Shown here: positions 53,175 to 63,439 of the stretch, in pieces
Layout: every line of letters starts with the position of its first letter
Position numbering within the stretch: the stretch's first letter is position 1
Assembly: GCA_951406725.2 (NCBI GenBank)
Contig: OX597816.1
Location: 16,058,001 to 16,122,000, forward strand
Length of the DNA stretch: 64,000 nucleotides
Source of the DNA: Octopus vulgaris
Lineage: Eukaryota
Direction of reading: 5' to 3'
Notes under the pieces: generated by a model
What the model saw: the letters and a program-made list of their open reading frames with translations, nothing else
The model's database searches: none
What the model was told of the DNA's origin: nothing
Made by a program: the position numbers and the translations under genes

Positions 53175-53468
53175 TAACTTAAAATTGCATGATGGATTGC
53201 CGTCATTTCATTCTTTCTTTCTTACCTGTCTGTGTTTGCCTTTTAAGTGCTGTGTTTTTACTGAGATCCCCCTTTTAGTAGAAGGAATAGCTATATCTCT
53301 TTGACTGCTATTTCTAAATTCGGTGTGTTGGTGAGGCAATTCGTTGCTAAACCCTTAATTACTTAGTATATATATATATATATGTAGGTCCCGGGTTGAG
53401 TCGGGGTTAACCACAGTAAATAAGGTACTCAATACATTGCAGAGTAAAGTAATTTATTTTATAGAAGG

Positions 53469-53519
53469 AGCTTCTACAGGACTAGAACTGTTTCATTCAG
53501 ATGAAATCTTCAGGAAGCT
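53469..53519 (-). ncRNA. Type I hammerhead ribozyme motif
   Basis: Reverse complement of 53791-53841. Confidence 0.8.
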
Positions 53520-53790
53520 GGCTGTCAAAATAAGTTCTGGTATTTATGCATTTAGGCAGATTTAATGGAGTGGTGGTGGGGGACGTTTTTTGGGTAGGTT
53601 GGTATTTTTTTTTTTTCATTATTTTATTTTTTTATTTTCTCACTGACTCTGTCCTTTTGACCAATCCCCTAAGAACAATAGCTAGTGCCCTGTTTATCTC
53701 CTAAATACCAACCTACCCAAAAAACGTCCCCCACCACCACTCCATTAAATCTGCCTAAATGCATAAATACCAGAACTTATTTTGACAGCC

Positions 53791-53841
53791 AGCTTCCTGA
53801 AGATTTCATCTGAATGAAACAGTTCTAGTCCTGTAGAAGCT
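53791..53841 (+). ncRNA. Type I hammerhead ribozyme motif
   Basis: AGCTTC-CTGAAGA-T-TTCA-TC-TGAA-T-GAA-ACAG-TTCTAGTC-CTGT-A-GAAGCT; 6-bp helix I, 4-bp helix III, GUA site. Confidence 0.8.
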
Positions 53842-53849
53842 CCTTCTAT

Positions 53850-53903
<54 letters not shown>

Positions 53904-54336
53904 CATACAAAGTAAGTTAGGGGTTATGGGTGTAACTCAAGGGATATTATTTATCCAATATACTGTTGGTAAAGTACCCAGATTCTTAATACATAAATGT
54001 TTTTAATTGCAATGCAATTACCTTATTTATTGTATTAAACGGGTGAAGCTAAAGGAATATTTTTACCGTTAATTTATAATACAAATAAGAAAATGGAGAA
54101 ACAAATTTAGTTTGTTCATCAACTTCTGGATATTAGAATGCTGGATTATTTATTCATTTAACAAAATGAGAACTTTAATAGCATACATATATATTTTATA
54201 ATTCAATACATATAAGATAAGAATACAAATTATTAAAATCATAATATAAATTATTGAAATAATTTATATCATAAATATAATTATATAATTATTGAAATAA
54301 TTTATATTATGATATAATTTATATTATGATATATAT

Positions 54337-54624
54337 CACGTGATCACGTGACCGACCAGATCATCAGATGTTGTTATACATCGCTGGTCACAATGCGTTC
54401 GCATTGTTTTACCCTTCGAATGACGCCACCCCGCTGGCTAAGCGAGCAGGCCAACAGAAGAAAGAGTGGTGAAAGAGTACAGCAGGGATCACCACCCCCT
54501 GCCGGAGCCTCGTGGAGCTTTTAGGTATTTTCGCTCAATAAACACAACGCCCGGTCTGGGAATCGAAACCGCGATCCTGCGACCGCGAGTCCGCTGCCCT
54601 AACCACTAGGCCATTGCGCCTCCA
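54337..54624 (-). mobile_element. SINE family B (tail type 3)
   Basis: Family B head; tail ends GGTCACGTGATCACGTGA. Confidence 0.85.
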
Positions 54625-54973
54625 CATATATAGATTCACAGGCGATAAAAACGAAAATAGACTTTAAAAATTAAATGGGGAAGATCCGGGCGGAGTTCAC
54701 AACTGCAGTGTGTTGCGAGGAATAGTGGTTGTATCTGAGGTTTCCGACCCCCAGGACAAAATCTTCATACATTTATTATTTCGATTTGATATTCATTTCT
54801 AATAGATAACTAAAGCGTAGGCCTTCGAGTAAACTATCAACTTTCAGTACATAGGATTTAAGACTTTGGTCCAATTGTCCGTAGAATCCAATAATTTCTC
54901 TTATATCTCCATCAGTTCTCAGTTTTTCCGTGCCTCACAAAATGCAATACTTTTGCCGTTATTCAGAAGAAGC

Positions 54974-55058
<85 letters not shown>

Positions 55059-55821
55059 TAGAGGCCGACGAAAGCCTTGTGAGCAGATTTGGTAGACAGA
55101 ATCTGAAAGAAGACCATATCTATGCATACCATAATTGAGTTTTATTTTCCAAATTCCTTACCAATATAGCAAGAGCCGGTTTCTAACCTAGATCCAAAGC
55201 TCTTTCATTTGAATTTCAATAACATCAACTGGGTATTTTTTCTATTTATCTATTTATATGTATGTATGTGTGTGTGTGATATGTGGTGTGTGTGTATGTA
55301 TGTATGTATGTATGTATGTATGTATGCATGCATGCATGCATGTACAGAGTATCTGGAGTCAGTGTATGTGCAGATTTATATGTCATTGTTTTGTTAAAGC
55401 TGTTTTCTATTATTAATAAAACTGTCGACATTTTTTATGACACGGGTATGCTAGTAGATTAAATTAAAACCATAATTTTAATCATTTTTCTAAATGGAAA
55501 ACCGTCTGGGTATACACAAAATCATTCTGTTTCTTTCGAGAAACCAGAGTTGCTTCCCTTAACGGTCAATCATCGTTAAAATAACGTCTCTCCGTCTTTA
55601 TACAACTAATTTTTCATTAATGATATGGAGAAACTGTAGATAATTACCAACGTCACGCAGAAAAACACTCGAGGATTATACTAAATGGAATTGTCTCACC
55701 AGAGATGAAAGTATTTTTTATTTAAAAATATTAATATATTATTTCTCGTCATGAACTGTTTACTGTGAAGGCGAAAATTATCACTATTTTGAAAACTTCA
55801 AAAGAAAAAAAATCGATCAGT

Positions 55822-56513
55822 CACTGATAACAATTGTCGAAAACAAAACTGTCGAAACGAAATGAAAATATAAACTAAACAACGTCACATGTGTAAAAAA
55901 AAGCGTTTTTATTTTTATTTTCAATCGATTTTTTATGTGACATTTTTTAAAGCTAGCATCGTAGGGGAGATAACTCTGACCGTAAACTTTTTTTTATATT
56001 CCTGATTAAATCTCATCGCAAAAATCATAACATTGATCTACAAGGTTTTTAGTGTTTGGGAAATGGACGTCATTCTTATACAAAATCGATCTCCTGAATC
56101 CAAATATAACCTTCTTTTTTACCTATCAGATATAATTTTTAAGTTATTGAACATCCCCTATAGTCACTATGTATGTGTGCACGTCCACTACGCGGTGTTC
56201 GTTATATTATTCTAATTCTAATTTTTTTTTCTTTTTCCATACTTTTTAGATGTGGTGAACGAAGCAATTGAAAACGAGCAAGATGTCCTCTTCAAGAAAG
56301 TGTTGCGTTAATACTCCAAATATGTTTTGTTATGTTTGTGGAAAATACACATAGGCACAGGAGTGGCTGTGTGGTAAGTAGGTTGCTAACCAACCACATG
56401 GTTCCGGGTTCAGTCCCACTGCGTGGCATCTTGGGCAAGTGTCTTCTGCTATAGCCCCGGGCCGACCAATGCCTTGTGAGTGGATTTGGTAGACGGAAAC
56501 TGAAAGAAGCCTG

Positions 56514-56559
<46 letters not shown>

Positions 56560-56955
56560 ATATGTGTGTGTTTGTGTGTCTGCATTTGTCCCCCTAGCAT
56601 TGCTTGACAACCGATGCTGGTGTGTTTACGTCCCCGTCACTTAGCGGTTCGGCAAAAGAGACCGATAGAATAAGTACTGAGCTTACAAAGAATAAGTCCC
56701 AGGGTCGATTTGCTCGACTAAAGGCGGTGCTCCAGCATGGCCACAGTCAAATGACTGAAACAAGTAAAAGAGTATTGCCTGAAAATCGAAAAAATCATCA
56801 CTGAATTTGTTGAAAGAGTGTATATGGCATATTTTGGGATCAAGCTGGAAGACCGAGATAAATATTGGGCATCGCATAGTGTTTGCAAACAATGTACAGA
56901 ACATTTGCGACAATGGACTAAAGGAACAAGGAAAAGTATGAGATTTGCTATAACA
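55822..56955 (+). pseudogene. Chapaev3-like (CMC) transposon 5' part, interrupted by SINE A
   Basis: CACTG start; from ATG 56283 MSSSRKCCVNTPNMFCYVCGKYT, then ITEFVERVYMAYFGIKLEDRDKYWASHSVCKQCTEHLRQWTKGTRKSMRFAI. Family assigned from recalled motifs. Confidence 0.65.
56353..56773 (+). mobile_element. SINE family A
   Basis: Full-length copy. Confidence 0.9.
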
Positions 56956-56957
56956 GA

Positions 56958-57805
56958 AATCATCGTTAAATCGCGGAAACTATGTTGAGTTACTGAACTA
57001 TACACTTACTCTTCTACTTGTTTCAGTCATTTGACTGTGGCCATGCTGGAATACCGCCTTTAGTCGAGCAAATCGACCCCAGGACTTATTCTTTGTAAGC
57101 CCAGTACTTATTCTATCGGTCTCTTTTGTCGAACCGCTAAGTGACGGGGACGTAAACACACCAGCATCGGTTGTCAAGCAATGCTAGGGGGACAAACACA
57201 GACACACAAACACACATATATATACATATATACGACAGGCTTCTTTCAGTTTCCGTCTACCAAATCCACTCACCAGACATTGGTCGGCCCGGGGCTATAG
57301 CAGAGGACACTTGCCCAAGATGCCACGCAGTGGGACTGAACCCGGAACCATGTGGTTGGTTAGCAAGCTACTTACCACACACCCACTCCTGCGCCTATAC
57401 TGCAAAATTTGATGACAAATTGGCACAACATTTACAAAATTCATCAGTTTTTTCTGGCCTTTCTAAGATACAAAGTGACTTGATAGAGGCTGTAGGTACG
57501 ATCGTAGAAAATAATATTACAGAAGTCGCACAAGCCTCGTTCATTGCCATAGGAGGGGATGAAACGATAGATATTTCATGTATAGTTCAGTATTCTACAG
57601 TTTTGAGGTATGTGTTGGATTCTGATATCAAAGAAGTCTTTATAGGATTTGACATTCTTCAGGACAGAACTGTTGGAGGTGTAAATAGAGTGTATATTTA
57701 ATAATTTGGATAAATACGACTGTCGCGAGAAACGTGTAGCACAGACGTACAATGAGGCAATAGTGGATGGTATCCAATTTAAATGGTGTTCAAGTTAAAG
57801 TAAAA
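56958..57805 (+). pseudogene. hAT (ZMYM1/DUF4371-like) transposase relic, interrupted by SINE A (57006-57397, minus)
   Basis: SSLNRGNYVELLNYT / AKFDDKLAQHLQNSSVFSG..IQSDLI...DETIDIS..Q.STVLRYV. Confidence 0.75.
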
Positions 57806-57835
57806 TTTCAGGCTTTGTGCCTTTTGTAGAAAGGC

Positions 57836-57874
<39 letters not shown>

Positions 57875-58225
57875 GTATTAGTATTATTATTATTATCTCA
57901 CTGTAGCAAAATTACGCAAATTATTACAAGGAATTTGAATAAAAATTGCTTGAAACGACACATTTTGTTGTATATTTGGCGTGTCATTATACCAATAATA
58001 AACAATTAATTGATACATTGCTGATTATTTTTTTCTGTAAACTAGTCGGCTAATAATTATGAAAGCAGTAAAATAGAACCAGAGCGTTGGTTTATTGTCG
58101 GTATAATGCTCCTTTCCATAAACAACAAAATGTGTTTCAGTACACGCGTTCACATCAAGTGTCTTGCGAGTCAAAATTCAGTAATGATGTGTGTGTATAT
58201 TTATATATATATATATATATATATA

Positions 58226-58455
58226 TTGTATAAAAGATCGTGGGTAAGGCCAAAACAATGCATAGTAAATGCAAGGTAAATCAAAAGAAAACAAATATGT
58301 GAATTAATGTAGGCATACCTTGTATTCGATATTTCGTGGTTATGACCTCATTTTCAAACTTTTTTTCTGTGAATTACCTTGCATTTACTTCGCATTGTTC
58401 TGGCCTTACCCACGATCTTTTATACAATATATTCTACACAATGCTTCACAGTAAT
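58226..58455. repeat. Short inverted-repeat element in (TA)n
   Basis: TTGTATAAAAGATCGTGGGTAAGGCCA...(~60 bp) inverted at 58365-58427; right arm extends ~28 bp further. Confidence 0.65.
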
Positions 58456-58473
58456 TATATATATATATATATA

Positions 58474-58844
58474 CGAGCAAAACGCCCCCGTCCAATGAAA
58501 GGTGCTGAGTTGTCAAACATTTAAACCAAATTTTCTCAAAACAACTTGTGCGACCGTCCCATAGGCCTCCCCTTTGAGAAACACTGATTTAACCTAAATT
58601 TGAGACACCAGCAAAAAAAGAAATAAAGATAGACTTTTTTCTATTCTAAGAAAAACGATTTTACAAATGCACGTTCCCACGGCTTTATCGATCGCATTCT
58701 CACCTGGAATCGATTTTTGTAATTTTTGAAGACTTATACACGTCCTGATACCGTCGGTATCTATATATCAAATTTGAGCGCAATCGGATGGAGGATGCCC
58801 GAGATCCTAGAAGACACACACACAGACAGAACGGATTTTATATA

Positions 58845-58845
<1 letters not shown>
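58474..58845 (-). mobile_element. Probable non-autonomous Helitron (another family)
   Basis: Same layout as the other Helitrons: TATATAAAA and (GT)n start, decayed hairpin, CTCG|T end. Confidence 0.45.
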
Positions 58846-58881
<36 letters not shown>

Positions 58882-58894
58882 CGCATATATATAT

Positions 58895-61800
58895 ACTCCC
58901 TCATACACACACACTTATACATACTAATACGTACTAATACATACTAATACATACTAATACATACACCAACCCTATACATACGCACGTCCAGACCTCTCAT
59001 ACGCACTAATACTCTCTCATACACACACACACACACACACCCTTATACATACTAATACATACACCAACCCTATACATACACACGTCCAGACCTCTCATAC
59101 GCACTAATACTCTCTCATACACACACACACACACACACACACACCCTTATGTTGGAGCTGGTCATTCAACCCTATTATCTCCCCTTATTTCGCTCTCGCG
59201 TCTCATGTTTGATCTTTGACCTCTGGCCGAAATCAGATCGCCATGTTGATTCGTTAGTTACTGCACGCATTTTTTTCTCTCCTTTCTGTGTTTTTTCTCT
59301 CTCTGTGTATCTTTCTGTTGAAGAGCGTAGGCTCGAAACGTTAAAGACTTGTTTTATTTATATTTCCTGAGCGCCATACTAATACAATTGTTTGTTTGTT
59401 TTCCACCTGCCTTCGTCTTTTGTCTATTTTCATAAAGCTTCCCGTTATATATTATGCGCTCACGTGGTCTCACTTTCATCCTATATTCTACCAATACCAC
59501 TATCAACACTTACCTCTACCTTGGATTTTCTTTACCTCTTGGATACTTACCATTGGCTGCACCTCTCTTTCGCGGATCAAAGTGACTTTGCATTGATGTG
59601 AAATCCTTAAAAAATATACCACGACGTCTACACATTTCTACCCTTGAACTTGTTCGCATAAACAGTCCCGTTTGTTGTATTTTTATTTTCTCATATATTA
59701 CCACTTTTTTTACATTCATTTCATGCTTTCCACATTTTCCTGCATTTTTGTTCTCCTTTCCGTCTTTCTTCCCTCTCTGGATGTCCATACTCTGTTTCCT
59801 CTGCCTGCACCCCCCTTTTTTTGCCTCCCCCTCTCTCTGCTTCCCTTCTTTCTTTCCCTTTTCCGTTTGCCCCGTCTTTTCTGCCCCTATCGCTTACTTA
59901 TCTAGTTTTTTCATACGATTATTATTTTTTGTTTTTTTGAACGTTTGTTTTTTCCCCTTTTTTTTCGCTATCCTTTTTTATCTATTTTTTTCATACGATA
60001 ATTTTTTGTTTTTTGTTTTTTCGAACGTTTGTTTTTTTCCGCTATCCCATCATGCCGGATCCTAGGTCCTACCTCCTCACCCTCCATCATCGTTTGAAGG
60101 ATCATCTCCGTTCACTTCCTGTATATTGCCTTCAGCCGTCCGTTAATCTCTCTCTACTTCTTTTTAAAAAAACCCGCTTCTCTAGTCATGTCTCTTTCCT
60201 AAGCCGCTGCCTACATCACCGACTCATCCCTAAAGGTTTCCGCCTCCACTTCCACCCTGCTCTCCACTCGGATTCTTCCATCTTACCCATACTCCGCACC
60301 ACATCTTACCGCCTTATGCGGGCCACCATTCGCTCCAATCTCTCTAAACTACATACCATCAACCGCCTTCTTCCTCCTGCTTTCTCCACCTTCTTCTCCT
60401 CTCTGCCGCCTCTCTATGCTCCAAACACGCTACGCTTCATTATCCATTTGAATCAACTCTTCCATCAATTTCTTTCTGATACCAAACTTCGTAAACTCCA
60501 ATCACTCTTCCATTCCACCCTACCCGACGCCACTACCCCAACTCCTCCACTACCCTTCTCCCCTCCCGATAGGCTCCATCCACCCACACCTAACCCCACT
60601 GCCCCTCCCTACAACCCCTTCTCCCCTCCCGATAGGCTCCATCCACCTACACCTAACCCTACTGCCCCCCAACCACCCCCACACACCTCCCCAATCCCTC
60701 CCCCTCAGACCTCCACGAGACCTACCACCCCTCCTACTTCTATTCCACCCACCCCTTCTCCACTTCCGTCTGTTGTTACCATTCCCACCGATCTTCCCCT
60801 CTCTGCGGCTGAACGCTCCGTCCTTGGTAGGGGTCTGCGTTTCATCCCCCTCACTCCATCCTGTAAGGAATTCCAGACGCGAGTTGATGTCCACAGTTTT
60901 GTGCGCCGTGTCCGGTTGGATGCGCATTACCACGACTCGCCACCCACACCCAACGAAGAGGACTGCTTCACTGGCCTGGGCCGCCGACCATCCCCGTGGA
61001 CGCCTGCCCCTGGCCAGATCCTAGCAGTGGATTTTTTTGCGGGCGCTTGTCAGCGTGCATTGGAGCGGTTCAACTTCTCCAGGCACCAACGCCGCCTCAA
61101 CATCTCCCCGGCTGAGCCCTTGGCTCTTCGTTCCCTCCAACGGCGCGCTGACATTATCATCAAACCGGCTGACAAGGGTGGAGCTGTAGTGGTGTGGCGC
61201 GCGGACCACTATAGGGCCGAGGCTTTCCGCCAACTCAATGACACCTCCTTCTACTCCCCTCTGCCCTCTAACTCCACACGTAGCTACCAACAGACGGTAT
61301 CCTCTACTGTCCGCGACCTCATCTCGTCCTCCCGTCTCCCCCACACCGCATCCAACCTAATTGTGCGAACCCCACGTACCCCCACCATTTACTTCCTCCC
61401 CAAAATCCACAAACCCAACAACCCTGGCCGCCCCATCGTCTCCGCCTGTAACTGCCCCGCGGAACTCATCTCTAAATACCTCGACCGTGTCCTTGCCCCC
61501 CTAGTGGCATCTCTTCCCTCCCACATCCACGATACCAACCATGCTCTCCGGCTTTTCAACTCTTTCTCCTTTCCTCCCGGCTCCTCCAAAATCCTTTTTA
61601 CTATGGACATCCAAAGCCTCTATACTGTTATCCCTCACCACGAAGGACTGCAGGCCCTTCGACACTTTCTTGACCTCCGCTCCAACCCTGTACCTGACAC
61701 CTCCACACTCATTCGTCTGGCCGAACTTGTCCTTACTCTGAACTGCTTCTCGTTCGCGGGCGAGTTCTACCATCAGGTCTCGGGAGTGGCCATGGGAACG

Positions 61801-62330
61801 CGAATGGGCCCCAACTATTCGAACCTGTTCGTTGGCTATGTTGAGGCCCAAATATTCTCTAATTTCACTGGTCCCACTCCTGAACTATATGGTCGTTACA
61901 TTGACGACATTATCGGTGCCACCTCACTCTCCCGTGAACATCTAGATTCCTTCCTCTCTTTCGTCCAATCTTTCCATCCAGCCCTCCACTTCACTTCCAC
62001 TATCTCCAACACCTCTGTCTCCTTCCTCGACATTTCGGTTAGCATTCTTCACTCCACTCTTACCACCTCCATTCACTACAAACACACAGGCTCACACTCA
62101 TACCTCAACTTCTCTTCCTTCCACCCAGAACACACCAAGCTTTCCATCCCCTATTCCCAATTCCTCCGTCTACGTAGGCTCTGTAGTGACGACCATGACT
62201 TTGAGACTCAGTCTCAACGTATGGCTCACCACTTCACCCTACGTGGATACCCCCTCACCACTATCCACACCGCCCTTGCCAGAGCACGGTCCGTGGACCG
62301 TGTATCTGCTCTCTCTCCCCGAACCCGCCC
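58895..62330 (+). mobile_element. Penelope-like retroelement: pLTR (~58895-59447), 5' UTR, RT ORF; 3' truncated
   Basis: Upstream pLTR with HHR-like motif followed by a long PLE-type RT ORF. Confidence 0.9.
59310..59347 (+). ncRNA. Minimal type I hammerhead variant in PLE pLTR
   Basis: TCTTT-CTGTTGA-A-GAGC-GTAG-GCTC-GAAACGT-T-AAAGA; palindromic AACGTT helix III; A6U core variant. Confidence 0.65.
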
Positions 62331-62340
62331 TGGGGAGTAA
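60052..62340 (+). CDS. Penelope-like reverse transcriptase, C-terminally truncated (no GIY-YIG endonuclease)
   Basis: 762 uninterrupted codons from ATG 60052; IIKPADKGGAVVV, FLPKIHK..PGRPIVS, MDIQSLYT, GVAMG, RYIDD, FLDI; the stop comes from the adjacent antisense mariner. Confidence 0.9.
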   Translation: MPDPRSYLLTLHHRLKDHLRSLPVYCLQPSVNLSLLLFKKTRFSSHVSFLSRCLHHRLIPKGFRLHFHPALHSDSSILPILRTTSYRLMRATIRSNLSKLHTINRLLPPAFSTFFSSLPPLYAPNTLRFIIHLNQLFHQFLSDTKLRKLQSLFHSTLPDATTPTPPLPFSPPDRLHPPTPNPTAPPYNPFSPPDRLHPPTPNPTAPQPPPHTSPIPPPQTSTRPTTPPTSIPPTPSPLPSVVTIPTDLPLSAAERSVLGRGLRFIPLTPSCKEFQTRVDVHSFVRRVRLDAHYHDSPPTPNEEDCFTGLGRRPSPWTPAPGQILAVDFFAGACQRALERFNFSRHQRRLNISPAEPLALRSLQRRADIIIKPADKGGAVVVWRADHYRAEAFRQLNDTSFYSPLPSNSTRSYQQTVSSTVRDLISSSRLPHTASNLIVRTPRTPTIYFLPKIHKPNNPGRPIVSACNCPAELISKYLDRVLAPLVASLPSHIHDTNHALRLFNSFSFPPGSSKILFTMDIQSLYTVIPHHEGLQALRHFLDLRSNPVPDTSTLIRLAELVLTLNCFSFAGEFYHQVSGVAMGTRMGPNYSNLFVGYVEAQIFSNFTGPTPELYGRYIDDIIGATSLSREHLDSFLSFVQSFHPALHFTSTISNTSVSFLDISVSILHSTLTTSIHYKHTGSHSYLNFSSFHPEHTKLSIPYSQFLRLRRLCSDDHDFETQSQRMAHHFTLRGYPLTTIHTALARARSVDRVSALSPRTRPGE

Positions 62341-62835
62341 GGTGGCCAGATGTTAGGAGTGATGTGGTCGCAGAAACTATCTGACAGCCACGACTCGGTT
62401 CTCCTGCTTTGCCAGACATAGGGTCTTCAAGCAGACACCCTCTTGACCCAGGACAGCTTTAACTCCTCCATGCACTTGATGTAGGTCTCCGTGTTGAGTC
62501 TGAGCCCGGGTGGGAAGATGAATAGAGGCATAACGTCTCCATCACTAATGATCACTCCAAACACCATGATGTTAACTGGATATTTGATTTTTATGTATCC
62601 GAATCCTCCGCTCTGTCCTCAGATTGACACCTAAACACTCTGAAATGTTCGTATTGGAGCTTCTAGCGCAAACGTCAAGCAGTACAGCATGTTGTTTCCA
62701 AATTTCTGGCAAAGTGAATAGCATCGTGGTGCTGTTTTTCTCACAGACGATGCCCAACTGACCCTACTATGCAGTGTAGTCAACAAAATCAAAAACAACG
62801 CACGAGTGCGAAATTAATAATATAAAGTGGCGAGA
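62331..62835 (-). pseudogene. Mariner-like (probably DD37D/maT type) transposase relic with internal deletions
   Basis: KYPVNIMVFGVIISDGDVMPLFIFPPGLRLNTETY...SRRTESWL...IWPPYSP. Confidence 0.7.
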
Positions 62836-62949
62836 ATTTAGCCATTGCAAGTTATATATATACACACACATACAATCCCTTTTATTGAATAATTCTATAA
62901 TTGTCTCTTTACCAAACGTTTATTGCTGGAATTTCTTTTCTTTTTTTTC

Positions 62950-63183
62950 CTTTTTTTTACTTGTTTCAGTCATTTGACTGCGGCCATGCTGGAGCACCGC
63001 CTTTAGTCGAGCAAATCGACCCCGGGACTTATTCTTTGTAAGCCCAGTACTTATTCTATCGGTCTCTTTTTGCCGAACCGCTAAGTGACGGGGACTTAAA
63101 CACACCAGCATCGGTTGTTAAGCAATGCTAGGGGAACAAACACAGACACACAAACACACACACACATACATACATACATACAC

Positions 63184-63236
<53 letters not shown>

Positions 63237-63399
63237 GACGGGCTTCTTTCAGTTTCCGTCTACCAAATCCACTCACAAGGCATTGGTCGGCCCGAGGCTA
63301 TAGCAGAAGACACTTGCCCACGATGCCATGCAGTGGGACTGAACTTGGAACCATGTGGTTGGTTAGCAAGCTACTTATCACACAGCCACTCCTGCGCCT
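62950..63399 (-). mobile_element. SINE family A
   Basis: Full-length copy. Confidence 0.9.
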
Positions 63400-63439
63400 G
63401 TAACGTTATGAATATATGAAATAAAACATTAAATCAGTA

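Larger units (their letters stand above)
50409..53368. mobile_element. Retrozyme-like array of a 588-bp unit: ~2.4 units (50409-51835, HHR sense minus) joined to ~2.6 inverted units (51836-53368, HHR sense plus)
   Basis: AAAAGGGTG recurs at 50412, 51001, 51589; identical ORFs 588 bp apart at 52289 and 52877; one HHR per unit; (TA)n on both sides. Confidence 0.9.
53385..53855. mobile_element. Small PLE-like element with 153-bp inverted arms
   Basis: 53455-53607 is the reverse complement of 53703-53855; (TA)n on both sides; an HHR in each arm. Confidence 0.8.

Noticed and set aside
50504-53368. Fold-back read chimera as the cause of the inversion
   Set aside because: The junction is asymmetric (202-bp spacer), flanks are not mirrored, and unit 1 has private variants absent from the right arm. 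Unlikely, though raw reads are needed to exclude it.
57171-57701. Host ZMYM1-like gene
   Set aside because: ORF is a chance read-through from an antisense SINE into a decayed hAT fragment.
59598-60065. Phe-rich membrane-protein ORF upstream of the PLE RT
   Set aside because: Product of a T-rich, stop-poor 5' UTR; GTG start, no motifs.
60013-62340. Naturally endonuclease-less PLE or telomerase
   Set aside because: The ORF ends at a junction with an antisense mariner relic, so it is truncated; motifs are PLE-type.
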